48,428 bases of DNA from a virus (lineage: Duplodnaviria > Caudoviricetes). Shown here one piece after another: positions 45,911-48,428 of this stretch (positions are counted from its first letter, which is position 1; every line of letters begins with the position of its first letter). Under the pieces are notes generated by a model. The model searched no databases and was not told where the DNA came from. It worked only from the letters and a program-made list of their open reading frames with translations. The position numbers and the translations under genes were made by a program. Where the stretch lies: the IMG/VR virus record IMGVR_UViG_3300012665_000898, positions 1 to 48,428 of that record; one strand, given 5' to 3'.

Positions 45911-47222
45911 AATTTTTAACTCTCGATTGAATGACACTATTCATTTTAGAGAGTTTTTCTTCAGTACTAATTGCAATTTCTCTTAACGCACTGAAAGAGA
46001 GCTCTTTAGGAATAATGTCGTGGGATTTTAATTCTTCAAATTCTGCTGTCTTTAATAAGTTCTCCAACTCTTGTTGAGTAAAAGTACTATATTCATATTC
46101 AAATGTAGCAGAATCTATCGGAATAATGTTATCATTGTCATCATATTCTATGACACCGATAGGTAAATACTCACAACAACGAAGTTTTCCTCCATCTGTG
46201 TAAGGAACAGCAATAACATTTCTAGGGTCGATTAATACAGCCAATCCTACAGTACCAAAGTACCCTTTTTGAAGCCAACTACTATTTGCAGCATGTAAAC
46301 CTTTAGAACAAGTTCTATCAGGATTTGCATCACAATCTCTTCTTTCTACTCTTACGGACTCTCCTACAATAATAGTAGTAGTTCTAGAATAAGAATCTGT
46401 GTAAATAGTTTTTTCCTCAGAAGATGCATTTACATAGCTCAAATACAAATCTTGTAGATTTCCTACAAAATTATCATATAAATCAGCATCGTACTCTTCT
46501 TCGTCATCATCATAAGCTACGTATGTATTATCACAAACGTCCTCATAACGAGCTTGTGTCATAACCTCGTACTCATCTAGCTCATTATTAAAAACTACTA
46601 AGTAATTTTTAGGACCTTTTTTCATAGACTTAATTTTAAGCCAAGCCTCAGAAACAAACTCATTCAACTCTTGGTTTACAGCATTTTTAATTTCTGCATT
46701 ACGATAAGCTACAAAATAACCAGAAGGAGTTACAGACAACTTATTGTTGATTAAAAATTTGTACAAGTCCTCACGACAACGAGGGTCAGGATTCAATGCT
46801 AATAGTCTCCAGAAATTAATTAAAGATTCCAAATCTTCTCCGCTTCTTTGAGCAAATTCTGCTGCTAAAAATTCAGGAATAGTAATGTTAATTCCTTTTA
46901 AGTAAAGTTTAAAGCCATCTAACTCAAAGTGTTCGTGACCATTCTGACGAATATCGTCCAACCAATTTATTAATGCTTTTTGAGCATCAATTTCTTGTTG
47001 CATTTTAATTGCTGCGTCTTTGTCTTCTTGCTCTTTTGCAAGTACTCCAGCATCCAACATTACTGTTTTTAAAGCAGTAACTTCTGCTTCATTTGTTTCG
47101 TCAGTATTTAACGCTAATTCAAAAACATTTAAAATGTCCTCATCAGAAGTAAATACTTTTTGATACATTTTTCCTTGGATAAAACACACTACTGTGTTCT
47201 CCACTCTCATTGCTTTAATCAT
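45900..47222 (-). CDS. rIIB-like protein
   Basis: NFW..L..NP....REDLY.FL, TPSG.FVAYR, CD.NP..TCSKGLH, V..VP....KLRCCEY. Confidence 0.85.
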   Translation of the reverse strand: MIKAMRVENTVVCFIQGKMYQKVFTSDEDILNVFELALNTDETNEAEVTALKTVMLDAGVLAKEQEDKDAAIKMQQEIDAQKALINWLDDIRQNGHEHFELDGFKLYLKGINITIPEFLAAEFAQRSGEDLESLINFWRLLALNPDPRCREDLYKFLINNKLSVTPSGYFVAYRNAEIKNAVNQELNEFVSEAWLKIKSMKKGPKNYLVVFNNELDEYEVMTQARYEDVCDNTYVAYDDDEEEYDADLYDNFVGNLQDLYLSYVNASSEEKTIYTDSYSRTTTIIVGESVRVERRDCDANPDRTCSKGLHAANSSWLQKGYFGTVGLAVLIDPRNVIAVPYTDGGKLRCCEYLPIGVIEYDDNDNIIPIDSATFEYEYSTFTQQELENLLKTAEFEELKSHDIIPKELSFSALREIAISTEEKLSKMNSVIQSRVKNYGE

Positions 47223-47460
47223 TTTTCTGCATGTTTGTTATGTTAATAAAATTTACCCAATTTTTCAAGTATCTTACTACTGGAATTTGTTCTGTTTGCC
47301 ATTTACCATCTATAAACGTCCACTTAATCTTATAAGCAGCTACCGCTATAGAATTAGGAGTAATTTTTAGTACTTTATATTCTTTTAAATCAGAATGCAC
47401 AGGTACTAATATTGTATTTCCAGGTTCAATAGGAGTATTAAAATAATCTAGTTTACTCAT
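47215..47460 (-). CDS. Hypothetical protein
   Basis: 81-aa ORF between the rIIA-like and rIIB-like genes. Confidence 0.6.
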   Translation of the reverse strand: MSKLDYFNTPIEPGNTILVPVHSDLKEYKVLKITPNSIAVAAYKIKWTFIDGKWQTEQIPVVRYLKNWVNFINITNMQKND

Positions 47461-48428
47461 TATTTTAAATTAATTAAAAGGTTAATATTAAGATGGCGTA
47501 CTTCTTTGTACTGTTTCTTGCTAATTGCTATAGTATTTAGACCATAGATAATTTTAGCAATACTTTGTAGATTTTTCTCGATAGCGTCTCCTGTTAAATA
47601 ATGAAGAACTCCTAAATCTTTAAAATAATTTACGATTCTAAAGAAAGCGTCTATCAAATCAGTGTCTAATAAATTATTACTTTTTACGTAATCAATACAA
47701 ACTTTAGTAAATTTTCTAAACGGTTCATTATGTTGAGGCAGTTTAGTAGAAGTTTCGTCTATTACGTCTAAAATTCTTAAATCTTTTTCTAGTTGAACAC
47801 TTAATTGAGATAAAGCTCCTTTTGTGTAACCTCTAAATAATCTAGAAATTTCGTCAAAATCTTTGTGCTTTTTAATATACAAAGCTGTTGCCATAGTCTT
47901 AAACATACGTTCATTCTCTTTCATAAAATCTTTAATTATTTTGACATTATTAAGTCCTTCAAAATGTTTTAAGTTAGTTGGAGCTACAGTAATAAATCTT
48001 AACGTGTGAAAAAATCTTTCTTTCTTGATGTTGCATAAATGAAAATAATACAAATACATAGTATTCTGTAATTCTGTCTTAAAATCATTTGTTGTAACAA
48101 TATACTGATGCTTTTGGTCCTTTAAAACTTGATGCTTAGTTAGTTTCACAATTTTGTGAGAAAAACCTACATCGTAACCACGGTAAAGTTGATATTCATG
48201 GCCATTAAGTAATGTTCTATCAACCTGCTTTTTAGCAACTTTTTGACTATCCAACCAATCTTTGTCGATTACTGTATTGTCATAAGACTTAGTATGCTTT
48301 AATAAAGACTTTTGTACTGTTTTTTGGTACGTAGAAATAATAGTTCTCCACTCTTGTTTAGGGTAACTATCTAGACCTAAAAAAGCAACATATTGTTTCA
48401 ATGTAACTTTAGCTTTTTTACGAAGAAG
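47460..48428 (-). CDS. C-terminal part of a large protein, probably rIIA-like (5' end outside the window)
   Basis: Frame stays open to the window edge (LLRKKAKVTLKQY...). The rIIA call rests on position upstream of rIIB only. Confidence 0.5.
   Translation of the reverse strand, partial: LLRKKAKVTLKQYVAFLGLDSYPKQEWRTIISTYQKTVQKSLLKHTKSYDNTVIDKDWLDSQKVAKKQVDRTLLNGHEYQLYRGYDVGFSHKIVKLTKHQVLKDQKHQYIVTTNDFKTELQNTMYLYYFHLCNIKKERFFHTLRFITVAPTNLKHFEGLNNVKIIKDFMKENERMFKTMATALYIKKHKDFDEISRLFRGYTKGALSQLSVQLEKDLRILDVIDETSTKLPQHNEPFRKFTKVCIDYVKSNNLLDTDLIDAFFRIVNYFKDLGVLHYLTGDAIEKNLQSIAKIIYGLNTIAISKKQYKEVRHLNINLLINLK

Noticed and set aside
1-48428. Stop-codon reassignment (TAG or TGA), known in some Crassvirales
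   Set aside because: Giant ORFs are uninterrupted in the standard code, and TGA (2562, 3492, 17356) and TAG (43799) terminate genes at sensible boundaries.

Overview
AT-rich phage DNA, read as a crAss-like phage (Crassvirales) with a probable Bacteroidota/Flavobacteriia host. The standard genetic code gives intact ORFs throughout. The + strand (1-40762) runs through: the end of a tail-fibre/accessory block; a lysis cassette (u-spanin-like lipoprotein, four small membrane proteins, GH19 endolysin); tail ring, IHF-like and muzzle/stabilisation genes; and ~30 kb of giant predicted virion-cargo (ejected) proteins. The cargo set includes a crAss-type virion RNA polymerase (DFDID) and is interrupted by a ferritin gene. 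The - strand (40824-48428) converges on this block with dNMP kinase, MazG-like, a non-canonical UDG, a PD-(D/E)xK nuclease, RusA-like, and rIIB/rIIA-like genes. Two signals stand out. (1) In ~9,700 aa of cargo protein I find only four cysteines, all at the facing termini of three successive giant proteins, suggesting a head-to-tail chain. (2) Two cargo proteins are built as strings of unrelated modules (beta-barrel-like, zincin, ADP-ribosyltransferase-like, GH73) punctuated by a recurring [FY]xxGG motif. Family assignments come from motif recognition and synteny only; no database searches were run.
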